A stretch of DNA of 64,000 nt, from the NCBI GenBank assembly GCA_964350245.1, contig CAYGJC010000003.1:97180-161179 (forward strand), given 5' to 3'. Of the stretch, positions 1 to 10,300 are shown one piece after another (the first letter of the stretch is position 1; every line of letters starts with the position of its first letter). Under the pieces are notes generated by a model. It saw only the letters and a list, made by a program, of their open reading frames with translations. It made no database searches and was not told where the DNA came from. The position numbers and the translations under genes are program-made. This DNA comes from an uncultured bacterium (GTDB lineage Bacteria; Chlamydiota; Chlamydiia; Chlamydiales; JAAKFR01).

Positions 1-728
1 ACCACCTCTTCACGCGTTGCATCAGCATAGACACTATGTTCGATTTCGCGCATGACCTGGCGTAGAGGCAGATGGGGTGGATTGACGATCAAATTACGAG
101 CTGGGACAAATCCCTGAAGCTCTCCTTTCTGATCGAGTACAAAAATCCGCCGCGTCATGTCGATACCGGGGTTGTCTCGAATAAAAGAGGCAGCCTCGGA
201 AATCGTCGTCTCCATGGGAAAGGCAAAAAACTCGTTCGTCATCAATCTTCCAGCACTATTGCGGCTGTGCTTTTGCAACTCCCGAATTTGCATCGCTTTT
301 TTGGTGTCAACGAGTTCAAGTACACGGCGATACCGCCTGCCGGGGATATCATCGAGTACCCAAACCGCTTCATCGGCTGGCATTTTATCGATCACTTGCT
401 TCACTTCCACATCACTAAGAGAGCGAAAAATGGCAGCACGAGTTGCCCCATCCGTATTAATCAAAAAACGCGCCTTTGCGGAGAGGTCAGGAAGATTTTC
501 ATAGAGAACGGGACGCGCATGTGGAGGAAGACGAGAAGCAGCGTAGGCAAGGTCGATGGGATTGTACTCACTGGCAATTTTGGCTACGTCATGCAGGTGA
601 ATATTGAATGTTGTTTTATGAAAAGCCTCTTCTAGACGTTCATTCAACTCATCGTCCAAAAGGCTGGTTTTTGAATCCATGAGGTTTCCTGCACTGACAT
701 GCTCTTCCGGATCTCTTGACTCAACCAT
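1..728 (-). CDS. mgtE: Magnesium transporter MgtE, N-terminal and CBS domains; 3' end runs off the window
   Basis: Hand translation of the minus strand from ATG 728 (alternative ATG 680): MVESRDPEE...MDSKTSLLDDEL...YNPIDLAYA...MPADEAVWVLDDIP...SAGRLMTNEFFAF...DATREEVV, typical of chlamydial MgtE. Not in the ORF track because it has no stop in the window. Confidence 0.92.
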   Translation of the reverse strand, partial: MVESRDPEEHVSAGNLMDSKTSLLDDELNERLEEAFHKTTFNIHLHDVAKIASEYNPIDLAYAASRLPPHARPVLYENLPDLSAKARFLINTDGATRAAIFRSLSDVEVKQVIDKMPADEAVWVLDDIPGRRYRRVLELVDTKKAMQIRELQKHSRNSAGRLMTNEFFAFPMETTISEAASFIRDNPGIDMTRRIFVLDQKGELQGFVPARNLIVNPPHLPLRQVMREIEHSVYADATREEV

Positions 729-730
729 GG

Positions 731-2662
731 CTACCGCTCGATAAATTCTTTAAACAAATCTGTATTGCGCACATTGGCAAGCCACTCATCATGCTCAAGA
801 TCCTCGCGAGGTGGAAGCACATCGGCCTCTTCCGCTCGCTTCAAAAAGTGCAACGAGATCTCAAGTAGGCCGGCAAGTGAATACAGGCAAGCCAAGTGAT
901 AGTTGGCATCCCCATTACCCGCCTCAGCTGCGTGAAGTAAGCGCTTCTCAGCTTCCCGCCTAAGAGCCTCTCCCTTTTCAACAGAGAGAGGATCATAGAG
1001 CAGTTCGGCAAGATTCAAAAGAGTATAGCCAAAATCACCCCAGAGTGTGGCATCTTCGGGATCTGCATCAGCGAGAGTTTCAAACAGTTCTACCGATTGA
1101 TACAGGCTCTCAACATGAGAGCTGAGCTCACCAAAATGCGAGAGCGTCAGGGCAAGATGGTAACAAACCTGAGGATCCTGGGGACGATTTGTGTAGACCT
1201 GCGAGAGAATGCCGATCGCTTTCTCATAGTCCTCTTCATCTCCAGTTAGGTCACCCAACTGATCAAGTGCACACCCTAAGTTGAAAAGAGTCTCAAGATC
1301 CTCATGGAGGCCATAGGCTTGTTTGAATTTCACAATCGCCTCTTCCACCAATGCTTGCTGAATATCCAAATCCACTTCCAAGTCTTTCAACTGAAGAAGC
1401 GCGATCCCCCATTCTGTACTATGAATCGGAGAGTGAGGACGAAGCTCACAAAGACGGGCAATGGCATGCACCCCTTTACGAGCAAGTGAGGGATCTTCGG
1501 ATAAAATTCCCCAGCTCAGATAGGTCTGAAACAGACCGTGCCAATTTTCCACAGAGGTTGCGTCATTTTCGACCCCTTCTTCAAATATATGAACAGCTTG
1601 TGCATACGCTTTTTCATCTGAAAAGTAGGCACCAAACACATACTCAGCCAGGGCGGATGCTGTCAAAAGTTCGGGATGCCTAGGAGCAATTTCTCCTGCA
1701 GCATTCACGCGTTCGCGCCCCTCTTGGATGAGTTTTAAATCCTCAATGAAAAGCCCCAAAAGAAGCAACCCTCTACCTAGAAGCGCGGAAACCCGCAACG
1801 GATCACCCTCTTTTACTTTTGATGAGGTTAACTTGTCGAGTCCCACTTCGATCGCCTTTAGATCCCGCCGCAACCACCCAGTATAAAGGTAGAGCTCTCC
1901 CCATTCTAGCCACAAATCGACGTGCGTCGGTACGGAGAGAATGGCCTCCCTGAAGGTTGTATCAGCCTCTACAAAGTGAGATTGCAGATGTGTGAGCAGG
2001 TAGCGGCGCTTCATGGCTGAGGCGTACGCAATCCAGGCGCGGGCATGGGCCGCTGTGACTTCCCCATCTGGATCATAGGTATCGGCAATAACGCCTTGAA
2101 GAAGAGAGAGCGCCTGTTCCAAGAAAGAGGGATCACCTAAATGCGTTCCGTAGATTGTGTAGGCCACCGCATAATCAATCCGAAAAAGAGGCGATGCACA
2201 CCCTCTTGAAGCTGCCTCTTGGAACTTTTCCAATGCCTGCTTAAGGTCGCAGATTTCAGCTGAATGGACTCCGAGCAAAAGCCACGCTTCAGCCCAATCC
2301 CAGTAAAGCTCACTCTTTGCATCAGATGCCTTAGCAGCGGTAGTAAAATGTTTAAGAGCTTTTTCGACAAAGCTCACATCGTGGGCCAATCGGCTCAAGT
2401 GAACGAGTGTTTTACCCCAAAGATGACGCCAAGCAAAGGTCGAGTTAAAATGTGAGGGGTCCAGTTCTTGCGCTCTAATGAGTTTATCCAAGGCAACCAG
2501 CAGCGCGCGTCCCTTTTGTTGCTGCCTGCCGTATTTGTATAGGATCGAGGCAGCTTGGCAGAGACGCTTCGCATCTTCATGAGAAGGCTCATTACCAGAG
2601 AGAAGCTCTTCTGCAGCACTTTCCAGTTCGTCTTCCGAATAGATGGGGGGATATTCCTTCAT
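731..2662 (-). CDS. Tetratricopeptide-repeat (TPR-like) protein
   Basis: 643 aa, all-helical, with recurring W/G/A/P TPR-like patterns (e.g. ETLFNLGCALDQLG, NYHLACLYSLAG). 2-nt gaps to both neighbours. Confidence 0.8.
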   Translation of the reverse strand: MKEYPPIYSEDELESAAEELLSGNEPSHEDAKRLCQAASILYKYGRQQQKGRALLVALDKLIRAQELDPSHFNSTFAWRHLWGKTLVHLSRLAHDVSFVEKALKHFTTAAKASDAKSELYWDWAEAWLLLGVHSAEICDLKQALEKFQEAASRGCASPLFRIDYAVAYTIYGTHLGDPSFLEQALSLLQGVIADTYDPDGEVTAAHARAWIAYASAMKRRYLLTHLQSHFVEADTTFREAILSVPTHVDLWLEWGELYLYTGWLRRDLKAIEVGLDKLTSSKVKEGDPLRVSALLGRGLLLLGLFIEDLKLIQEGRERVNAAGEIAPRHPELLTASALAEYVFGAYFSDEKAYAQAVHIFEEGVENDATSVENWHGLFQTYLSWGILSEDPSLARKGVHAIARLCELRPHSPIHSTEWGIALLQLKDLEVDLDIQQALVEEAIVKFKQAYGLHEDLETLFNLGCALDQLGDLTGDEEDYEKAIGILSQVYTNRPQDPQVCYHLALTLSHFGELSSHVESLYQSVELFETLADADPEDATLWGDFGYTLLNLAELLYDPLSVEKGEALRREAEKRLLHAAEAGNGDANYHLACLYSLAGLLEISLHFLKRAEEADVLPPREDLEHDEWLANVRNTDLFKEFIER

Positions 2663-2664
2663 AA

Positions 2665-5600
2665 TCAGAGAGTGTACCCCGAGATATCCTTTTTCTCAAG
2701 AGATCCTCTGCTTTGCTCGATCGCCTCTTTATCACGTTTAATTTCTACCTTAAACGCTTCCCAAGTCATCAGATGTGAGGCTCTCAAACGCGCGTGCATG
2801 TAAGTATCTGGCGTACTCTTAATAAGCTGTGTGATCAGTTTGCTCATTTTTTCCCTACTGGCTTCTGTTTTTGTTCCAGAGTCCCACTCATCTATTGCTT
2901 TTTGAATAGAGTCAAGAAGAAGAGAGCTTGTATACACAGCAATGGCATACTGATATTGAGCCAGCCTTTCTGCTCCTATTTCCAAATTCGCTTTATAAGC
3001 CTCCAACTCGGCTTGCAAACGCTCTGGGTTGTCCTTTTGCAGAACTTTGACTGCTTGTTCGTGTAGATAATGCTGAGCTCGCACATCTTGAAGCACGCGT
3101 TGTTTTTGAGCCAGGGTTCTCAAAAGCTCTGTTTTTCTTTCCCCGTTAGCCAGCAGAGCGATTGTCTGTTTAAGCGTATCACATTCATACTCGATCGTGG
3201 TCATGACGAAGCTGAAAAACAATTGAGTGTTTTCCCGGCTCACTTGTTTACGTCGATAATGAAAGGTCAAATAGGCTTGCGTCTGTTTAAATGCTTCTAA
3301 TACGGATAGCAGCTCAACTTTTTTAGCTGCAAGCGCTTCAACTGGAAAACCGCCCAAACGGTTCCATTCTCGATTCGCAATGATAGAGCTGAGATCACCC
3401 TCCTCTCTTCTTTCTCCACCTCCTCTCATAGCATGGTCTAGTGCTTCAATGCGTTTTTCAGTGGCCTCTTGCTCTTGTTCAAAATGAACTAGAAGCGCTC
3501 TTTTTTTCTCCACTAAGACCTCAACTGGAAATTGCCGGAGAGTGTCCTGATCTGCTTCTCGATTAAGTACCCTTGTAAGAGCTTGCTCCAGATCACCTGT
3601 TGCATCCCGATCTGTTTCCCCTTCCATGGCCCCATCTAAAAGGGTGATCATGACGATAAAGTCGTTTTTCTGAGCCTTGATCTTATCCTCTGCCTGGACC
3701 TGAATTTGGCGCTCAATTTCCTTTCTTGTTTGCTCAGCCTTTTCAACAGTCTCGCTTACTAGTACGGTCCATCTCATGTTGTCTTCTTCTTTTTCGATGG
3801 CATGCTCTAAACGTTGACGCTGTTTAACAACAAAGTCCCTTTTCTCTGAATCTGTGGGCTCCTGTCTATTGGGAACAGAACGACGAGGAGGAAACACGGC
3901 CCTGCGCAACCCCGCCACCCGCTCTTCTTGTTCAGGCGTTCTTGCAGGAAGACTTAACAACCGTATCAACTCATTTCTGCACACAGGAAGAGCCATTGCA
4001 TTTCCTTCATGCACGAGCGCGCGTATCATTTGTTTGGCTTCCTCTTTAGTGCGGGGATTCAGCACTACCTCATTGCCCTCAGCAATGGTGCGAGACCACG
4101 TTCGCGTCACACCGGATAGATCATATCTCTGTTGAGTCGCCTGCAAGTACTGCAAACCGGGACGATTGCCAGGCAGACGCGATAGGGTGGGATGCTTGCT
4201 CAACACCCGATGCATTTTATACCCCTGCTTCTGCTTATCTAGCTTGCGCAAGTGGAAGCCAAGGTAGTACCATCCTCCTTTGATTAGGAAGGAAAGAATT
4301 GCCCCTCCCCAAACCACCCATGGATTGGACCAAAAAATCGCCTCAATGACCAGAAAGCCCGCAAGGATTCCCCACTCCAGCACGTGCTGTCCAAAAATGT
4401 TTGTAAAATACCTTTGACGATCGACCTTCATCAACTGGTTGTGTATGTCTCGCTCTTCAATCGTAGCCGCTTTAAATGGAGGTTGAAAGCGGCTGGTGGT
4501 GAGATCCGCCCAAAGCTTTGCCCGCTTAGATGCGTACCCTTTTAAGTGCATTTTCTTACGCAATCGTACCATCACCAAAGCTTCAAAAATATCGACATTG
4601 TCTTCGTTTAGCTCAGGGAATCTTGCCTGCGCCTCCGCTAGATGCTTCCTTAACTCAATCGAGTGCTCGTAAACTTCTAATAATGAATCGCCTAAAACCT
4701 CTTCATTAGCGACCAACCAGACACAGATTTCTTCGCCAAGGTGTTTCCTGACCTCTCCAATTTGACAATTGATTCGATCCGGATGCTGGTTAAGCCAGGC
4801 CCCAAGCCTTTCGATTAACTTATCCGAAAGCAGGCTCTTGTCAAACTGATCTATTTCAAGCCGGAAAGCGGCGATGCGATTCTGTGGTAGGGCCTTAACC
4901 TCAACTCGAGCTCTCCCTGTTAAGATCTGGGCACGCTGGGTTAAAAGGGCTACCAAACGCTCACCCTCAGATGGGTGGCGTGCAGCCAACCACTCTTTTA
5001 AATCCTCGATGATGAGTTGATCGGCATTTCTTTCTTTCGAAAAAGGAGTCCCTTCAATCAAAAGAGCATCGAGTGGATCTGTCTCCTTCCCTAGCTGAGC
5101 GTAAAGCGTAATCAGCTCTTTGTATAGGTGCGCTAAATGTTTAAAGTGGATTGCAAGAGCTTCTCTTTTAGCCTCCTCTGTTTGACCTTGAAAGGCCCCA
5201 GATCTTAATCCCTCACCTCCTTGCAGGAGAGCTAACTCTCTTGCAGTAGCAAGAAGCTTCTCGTACTCTTCAAACTCACCTACATATAAGTGCTTCTTCG
5301 CTTTGCTTACAAGCGCGCGCACCTGATTCCATTTTTCGGTCTGATCAGGAACTTGTGCAAGCGCCGAGCTCACTTGGGTTTGAAGAATAGGGGTAACCTC
5401 CAAATCTAATCCGTGTACAAGCTTGGCGATGCGTGCAGCCGACTTTGGATGCTTTGCTTCCAACTCCTTTTGCATCACCCGATCCGAACGTAACTGAGGA
5501 TCCACAGCTGGAAGGTCCCACTCACCGTGGGGCTGATGCACCAAAAGAGTGTTTTGAGAGAGCTGACCTCTTAGTAGCAAAGTGGCATCATAAAATTTTC

Positions 5601-5883
5601 GCTCCGCGTCTGCCTTTTCTTGGAACTTGCTGCTAGTTATACCGAGAAGTAAAGAGAGTGGAAAACAGACTCCAAAAGGAACCCAAACAGGAAGATAGAG
5701 CATCGCTCCAGAAGCTAAAACAAGCAAAAGCGCCGTTACCACCTGCATTACCTTTGCTGTCGTTTCCAACCTTTGGATCTTAGCCGGCAGAACAACACTA
5801 GACTCATTCAACGTTTGCTCAACGTTTTGAATCGATTGATGCTGGTGCAACCAACGACGGTTATTATGATAGATAGCAGCCAT
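2665..5883 (-). CDS. Large hypothetical membrane/coiled-coil protein, Inc-like or T3SS effector candidate
   Basis: 1072-aa ORF with an N-terminal bilobed hydrophobic segment (VVTALLLVLASGAMLYLPVWVPFGVCFPLSLLLGIT), a second hydrophobic hairpin mid-protein and a coiled-coil C-terminal half. Confidence 0.7.
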   Translation of the reverse strand: MAAIYHNNRRWLHQHQSIQNVEQTLNESSVVLPAKIQRLETTAKVMQVVTALLLVLASGAMLYLPVWVPFGVCFPLSLLLGITSSKFQEKADAERKFYDATLLLRGQLSQNTLLVHQPHGEWDLPAVDPQLRSDRVMQKELEAKHPKSAARIAKLVHGLDLEVTPILQTQVSSALAQVPDQTEKWNQVRALVSKAKKHLYVGEFEEYEKLLATARELALLQGGEGLRSGAFQGQTEEAKREALAIHFKHLAHLYKELITLYAQLGKETDPLDALLIEGTPFSKERNADQLIIEDLKEWLAARHPSEGERLVALLTQRAQILTGRARVEVKALPQNRIAAFRLEIDQFDKSLLSDKLIERLGAWLNQHPDRINCQIGEVRKHLGEEICVWLVANEEVLGDSLLEVYEHSIELRKHLAEAQARFPELNEDNVDIFEALVMVRLRKKMHLKGYASKRAKLWADLTTSRFQPPFKAATIEERDIHNQLMKVDRQRYFTNIFGQHVLEWGILAGFLVIEAIFWSNPWVVWGGAILSFLIKGGWYYLGFHLRKLDKQKQGYKMHRVLSKHPTLSRLPGNRPGLQYLQATQQRYDLSGVTRTWSRTIAEGNEVVLNPRTKEEAKQMIRALVHEGNAMALPVCRNELIRLLSLPARTPEQEERVAGLRRAVFPPRRSVPNRQEPTDSEKRDFVVKQRQRLEHAIEKEEDNMRWTVLVSETVEKAEQTRKEIERQIQVQAEDKIKAQKNDFIVMITLLDGAMEGETDRDATGDLEQALTRVLNREADQDTLRQFPVEVLVEKKRALLVHFEQEQEATEKRIEALDHAMRGGGERREEGDLSSIIANREWNRLGGFPVEALAAKKVELLSVLEAFKQTQAYLTFHYRRKQVSRENTQLFFSFVMTTIEYECDTLKQTIALLANGERKTELLRTLAQKQRVLQDVRAQHYLHEQAVKVLQKDNPERLQAELEAYKANLEIGAERLAQYQYAIAVYTSSLLLDSIQKAIDEWDSGTKTEASREKMSKLITQLIKSTPDTYMHARLRASHLMTWEAFKVEIKRDKEAIEQSRGSLEKKDISGYTL

Positions 5884-5954
5884 AGTAGCACCAATTATAG
5901 CATAAAATCATTATTAGATCCTTGATATAAAATAATTTAAATATCAAATTCAAA

Positions 5955-7310
5955 TTATGATTTTACTAATGCAAGCTTCGAGCGCAGGGGTTTTAGCACT
6001 TTGCCCACTAGATCATACCCTGCCGCATCGGTCACTTCTACGAGATAACGCTCCCCAAAGGCTTGAACGTGCTGCCAGTCATTGAGAATCACTTGCCCAT
6101 CAATTTCGGGAGCTTGCCCAAAATAGCGCCCTACCAGCAGATATTCCGACTCAGGATGGTAGCCCTCGACAACCACCTCAATCTGCTGACCGATCATCTT
6201 CGCATTTAAGCCTTCTGTCACCTCGTGTTGCGCGGCAGCTAAACGATTCAAACGCGCCTCTTTTACCTCCTGAGGCACCTGATCTTCCATGCGGCCAGCC
6301 GGCGTTCCTTCTTCTTGAGAGTAGGTAAAAATGCCCACATGATTCAACGGGTATTGCTGCACAAAGGCAAGAAGCTCTTCAAACTGCTCTTCAGTCTCAC
6401 CCGGAAAACCCACAATCAGGCTGGTGCGAATATGCATCTGGGGGATGCGGGCACGTAAACGGGTAATGGTCTCTTTAATTTGAGCTCCGTTGGTATGACG
6501 ACGCATCCGCTTTAAAATGTCATCGTTGATGTGCTGTATGGGCATGTCGATGTAGGGCAAAATGCGCTTATCTCTGTGCATCAGCTCAATGAGAGCATCG
6601 TCTATCTCATCCGGATATAGGTACAAAAGACGAATCCAGTACGTGCCCTTTTCTTTGAGAAGCTCTTTCAAAAGATCCGTTAGGCGCTCTTCTCCCTGAT
6701 CTTTTCCATAATCCCCTAGATCCTGAGCAATGAGAATAACCTCTTCAACCCCTTGAGAAAGTAGGGCTCGAAATTCCTTCACAATCTGATCTTTGGACTT
6801 ACTACGCAGCGGCCCTTTGATTTTGGGAATGATGCAGTAGGCGCATTTTTTGCGACACCCTTCCGCAATCTTTAAATAAGCATAGTGCTCGGGTGTGGAG
6901 AGTTGGCGAGGGACCTCTCCAGCCTCTAAATAGCTGCGCGCTGAGCCGACCACTTCACCCTTCAAATCAGAGCGCACGGCACGTAAAATGCCCTCTACAT
7001 CTCCAGATCCCAACAGGTAATGAACTCCGGGAAAGGTCTCTTCGATCTCCTTCCTGTGCTTAGTGACCATACAGCCGGTCACAATCAGCTTGGCACTTTC
7101 TTTTTTGACAGAGAGAAGCTCAGCGATCGCCTCTTTCGATTCCGCTCGAGAAGACTCAAGAAAAGCGCACGTGTTGATCACTAGGTAATCAGCCTCTTCA
7201 AGCTCTTCTGTGATCTCATAACCAGCTCTTAGTAGGATGCCGAGCATCACTTCGCTATCCACAAGGTTACGGGGACAGCCTAGGCTTGTAAAATTGATTT
7301 TATTGCTCAT
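5955..7310 (-). CDS. rimO: Ribosomal protein S12 methylthiotransferase RimO
   Basis: SLGCPRNLVDSE UPF0004 domain, radical-SAM CRKKCAYC motif, C-terminal TRAM domain with APEIDG. Likely start MSNKINF at 7310. Confidence 0.95.
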   Translation of the reverse strand: MSNKINFTSLGCPRNLVDSEVMLGILLRAGYEITEELEEADYLVINTCAFLESSRAESKEAIAELLSVKKESAKLIVTGCMVTKHRKEIEETFPGVHYLLGSGDVEGILRAVRSDLKGEVVGSARSYLEAGEVPRQLSTPEHYAYLKIAEGCRKKCAYCIIPKIKGPLRSKSKDQIVKEFRALLSQGVEEVILIAQDLGDYGKDQGEERLTDLLKELLKEKGTYWIRLLYLYPDEIDDALIELMHRDKRILPYIDMPIQHINDDILKRMRRHTNGAQIKETITRLRARIPQMHIRTSLIVGFPGETEEQFEELLAFVQQYPLNHVGIFTYSQEEGTPAGRMEDQVPQEVKEARLNRLAAAQHEVTEGLNAKMIGQQIEVVVEGYHPESEYLLVGRYFGQAPEIDGQVILNDWQHVQAFGERYLVEVTDAAGYDLVGKVLKPLRSKLALVKS

Positions 7311-7412
7311 GGGCCCAACAGTGTACACGGACCACGCTTTTTGATCAAAATACTTGAATAATATGCTGTCATCGGCTACCTTTTTGGGTCATATTTAATA
7401 GAGGAGTGAACC

Positions 7413-7571
7413 ATGGCTAGTAAGCAACGTGAAATCATTAAATTGAAAAGCACCGAGAGTAAAGAGGTCTACTGGACAACTAAAAACAAAAAGAAAACAA
7501 CTGGCCGTTTAGAGCTAAAAAAATATGATCCAGTTCTAAGACGGCATGTTATCTTCAAAGAGGCGAAATAA
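7413..7571 (+). CDS. rpmG: 50S ribosomal protein L33 (Zn-free type)
   Basis: Hand-translated [52 protein letters not shown] (52 aa), GAGGAG RBS upstream; below the ORF-track length cutoff. Confidence 0.97.
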   Translation: MASKQREIIKLKSTESKEVYWTTKNKKKTTGRLELKKYDPVLRRHVIFKEAK

Positions 7572-7574
7572 TCG

Positions 7575-9608
7575 GTGCGTTTTGAACTAACTGTCGCGTT
7601 AAAATATCTATTGCCCAGATGGCGACAGCTTTCGGTTTCGATTATTTCTCTCATTTCTGTTCTTGTAATCTCGCTGGTTGTCTGGTTGGTCGTTCTATTT
7701 TTGTCTGTCACAGATGGAATAGAGAAAAAATGGGTCGAACAGCTTGTTGCCCTCAATGCCCCCGTGCGCATGGCCCCCACAGAAGCCTACTATAATTCCT
7801 ATTATTATCAAGTAGACAACCTAAGTCTTGAGTCTAACTATAGTCCTAAAACAATTGGGGAAAAACTAGCGGCTCTCAAATCCGATCCCTATGATGCCGA
7901 AATAGATGTTGAGCTTCCTTATGATTTTCCCACTCCCGATCGAAGGGAGAACCGTTTGCTAAAAGATCCTGTAAAAGAGGGATGGGAAGCGATCACGTCT
8001 CTTAATGAAAAGGGTCTCCGTGCTCAGGAATATGAAGTCTCGTATGGAAACCTGCATCTGACCCTTCTCCGTGGCACCGACAATCAACAAACAACAATCA
8101 ATCAAATCACCTATATCGCCTCTCACGACTCAGAGAACACGCGTCTGCGACAAATGCTTCTCCCACCGGAAAGCGACGACTACAACAACCTTTTGACCTC
8201 TCTATCGCAAGGTGATGGAACGACCTCTTATCTCCAAAACTTTTTTGACCATGTTGCCGTTAAGCAACTTCAGACAACGGATGGGGGTTTTGTGCTTCCT
8301 CCTTCTTTTTTTCCGGAAAGTGGAACCCTCGAGGGAATAGGCATTGTTAAGCGTAACGAAATCGGCCGTGTTGTGATTCCCCAATCGACGCAAGAACTTT
8401 CTGCTTTAGAGACCAAGCTAGAGGCCTTTGGTTTTGAAACAACACCGGTTAAGGTGATTTTTGATCAGACACAGGTCCATTTTGTAAGTGATAAAAACAC
8501 AGCAACAGGTGTCCAACTGGTTCTCAGTGAGAAAATCCCTTTTCATGCTGAGCTTGTGGATGAAACGCTCGTGCATGCAGCAGCCCTCTCTTCTTTGAAA
8601 TTTCATCTCGAAGGTTCTGTTCAAAACATCCCTCTTGCGGGGACAAGTTATTTTGATCACCTAGAAATTGCGACCGCAGAGGCTCGCCAGCCCCAGAGTT
8701 CTGCTTCACCTCCTTGGATCCATTCAGATGAAAAAGGATGCTCTACAATCCCCTGTGACCAACCTTTCGGTGATGGAGTTCTCGTTGCTAAACATTTTAA
8801 AAACACTGGGGTACGCATCGGAGACCGCGGCTATCTCGCTTACTACACACCCACAGCAAGTTCCACACAAGAGCAAAGACTCCCCATTTATGTTGCTGGA
8901 TTTTACGACCCCGGCATGATGCCTGTTGGAAACAAATTGATCTTTGCCGACCCTCAGGTTGTCTCTGTCTTGCGCGGCAATCTTACGGTTTCCGACAGTA
9001 TGTTAGGTAATGGCTTTAACATTTGGCTAAATGATATCACACGCGCCGAATCAGTGAAAAATGCCTTAGTTCGTTCTCTTGAATCACGTGGAATCGACAA
9101 ATACTGGAATGTTCAGTCCTACCAAGACTACGACTTTGCCCGTCCCATCCTACAGCAGCTCCAAAGTGATAAACACCTCTTTACTCTCATCGCTTTGATC
9201 ATCTTGATTGTTGCCTGTTCAAACATCATTTCGATGCTCATTCTTCTTGTGAACGACAAAAAAAGGGAAATTGGAATTTTGCAGGCCATGGGAGCCTCAC
9301 CGAGGCGCATTGCAACCATCTTTGGACTGTGCGGCTTTGTCATGGGCATTTTAAGCTGCATTATCGGAACGCTTGCTGCGGTCTTTACCTTAAGTCACCT
9401 TCAATCTCTTGTGAATTTTCTAAGCTTTATGCAGGGTCATGAAGCGTTTCAGACGGCCTTTTATGGCAGTTCTCTTCCCAACGAATTAAGCTTCACCTCC
9501 CTACTGTTTGTCATTGTAGCGACCATGGTGATCTCTCTCATTGCGGGGATTGTTCCGGCAATTAAGGCGGCGCGCGTTCGCCCCACTGAAATTTTAAGAG
9601 CGGAGTAA
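7575..9608 (+). CDS. lolC: LolC/LolE-family (FtsX-like) ABC permease, lipoprotein release
   Basis: N-terminal FELTVALKYL plus TM, large periplasmic region, C-terminal FtsX domain (KKREIGILQAMGAS ... AARVRPTEILRAE); followed by a LolD-like ATPase. Confidence 0.85.
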   Translation: MRFELTVALKYLLPRWRQLSVSIISLISVLVISLVVWLVVLFLSVTDGIEKKWVEQLVALNAPVRMAPTEAYYNSYYYQVDNLSLESNYSPKTIGEKLAALKSDPYDAEIDVELPYDFPTPDRRENRLLKDPVKEGWEAITSLNEKGLRAQEYEVSYGNLHLTLLRGTDNQQTTINQITYIASHDSENTRLRQMLLPPESDDYNNLLTSLSQGDGTTSYLQNFFDHVAVKQLQTTDGGFVLPPSFFPESGTLEGIGIVKRNEIGRVVIPQSTQELSALETKLEAFGFETTPVKVIFDQTQVHFVSDKNTATGVQLVLSEKIPFHAELVDETLVHAAALSSLKFHLEGSVQNIPLAGTSYFDHLEIATAEARQPQSSASPPWIHSDEKGCSTIPCDQPFGDGVLVAKHFKNTGVRIGDRGYLAYYTPTASSTQEQRLPIYVAGFYDPGMMPVGNKLIFADPQVVSVLRGNLTVSDSMLGNGFNIWLNDITRAESVKNALVRSLESRGIDKYWNVQSYQDYDFARPILQQLQSDKHLFTLIALIILIVACSNIISMLILLVNDKKREIGILQAMGASPRRIATIFGLCGFVMGILSCIIGTLAAVFTLSHLQSLVNFLSFMQGHEAFQTAFYGSSLPNELSFTSLLFVIVATMVISLIAGIVPAIKAARVRPTEILRAE

Positions 9609-10288
9609 TGTTGAAGCCGATTTTATCTGCAAAAAAGATCCGTAAGACCTTCACACACCCGGTTTCGGTCGAGGTACTAAAAGGCGTATCATTAGAGGTT
9701 TTTCCAGGCCAGAGCATTGCGATTATGGGGGCCTCGGGCGAAGGAAAGAGTACCCTTTTACAGATTTTGGGCACCCTTGAAGAGCCTTCGGCAGGAGAGC
9801 TGGTCATAGCGGATAAGTCCATCACGCATCACCCACCCCCTGTTTTACGTAATCAGCACATTGGCTTTGTATTTCAAGGCTATAATCTTCTTGAAGACTA
9901 CTCGGTGCTACAAAATGTGCTCATGCCTGCGTTGATCGCGGGCAAGCCCACCCACAAACATAGCCACGCCTACACACACGCCTTCTCTCTTCTAGACAGA
10001 GTCGGTCTCTCCCACCGGATCCACTTTACAACTAAGCTACTTTCAGGTGGTGAAAAACAACGGGTTGCCCTAGCGCGCGCACTTTGTAATGATCCCGAAC
10101 TGCTACTGGCCGATGAGCCCTCCGGCAATCTCGATCATGAAACTTCTTCCCGCATTCATGAGCTCCTTTTCCATTCAGTGAGGGAGCTGAACAAATCACT
10201 GATTGTGGTCACACACGACCAAAGCTTGGCTGAGCTATGCGACCAAAAACTCATTCTCTGTGACGGAAAGCTACAGAGAGAAAAGTAA
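9608..10288 (+). CDS. lolD: LolD-like ABC transporter ATP-binding protein
   Basis: Walker A GASGEGKST, LSGGEKQRVALARAL, LLADEPSGNLD; translationally coupled to lolC. Confidence 0.9.
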   Translation: MLKPILSAKKIRKTFTHPVSVEVLKGVSLEVFPGQSIAIMGASGEGKSTLLQILGTLEEPSAGELVIADKSITHHPPPVLRNQHIGFVFQGYNLLEDYSVLQNVLMPALIAGKPTHKHSHAYTHAFSLLDRVGLSHRIHFTTKLLSGGEKQRVALARALCNDPELLLADEPSGNLDHETSSRIHELLFHSVRELNKSLIVVTHDQSLAELCDQKLILCDGKLQREK

Positions 10289-10300
10289 GGATAAGTCACT

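Noticed and set aside
72-635. Plus-strand ORFs of 187 and 115 aa at the window start
   Set aside because: Shadows of mgtE, which occupies the minus strand here.
7469-7780. 103-aa minus-strand ORF
   Set aside because: Antisense to rpmG and the lolC start; no independent support.
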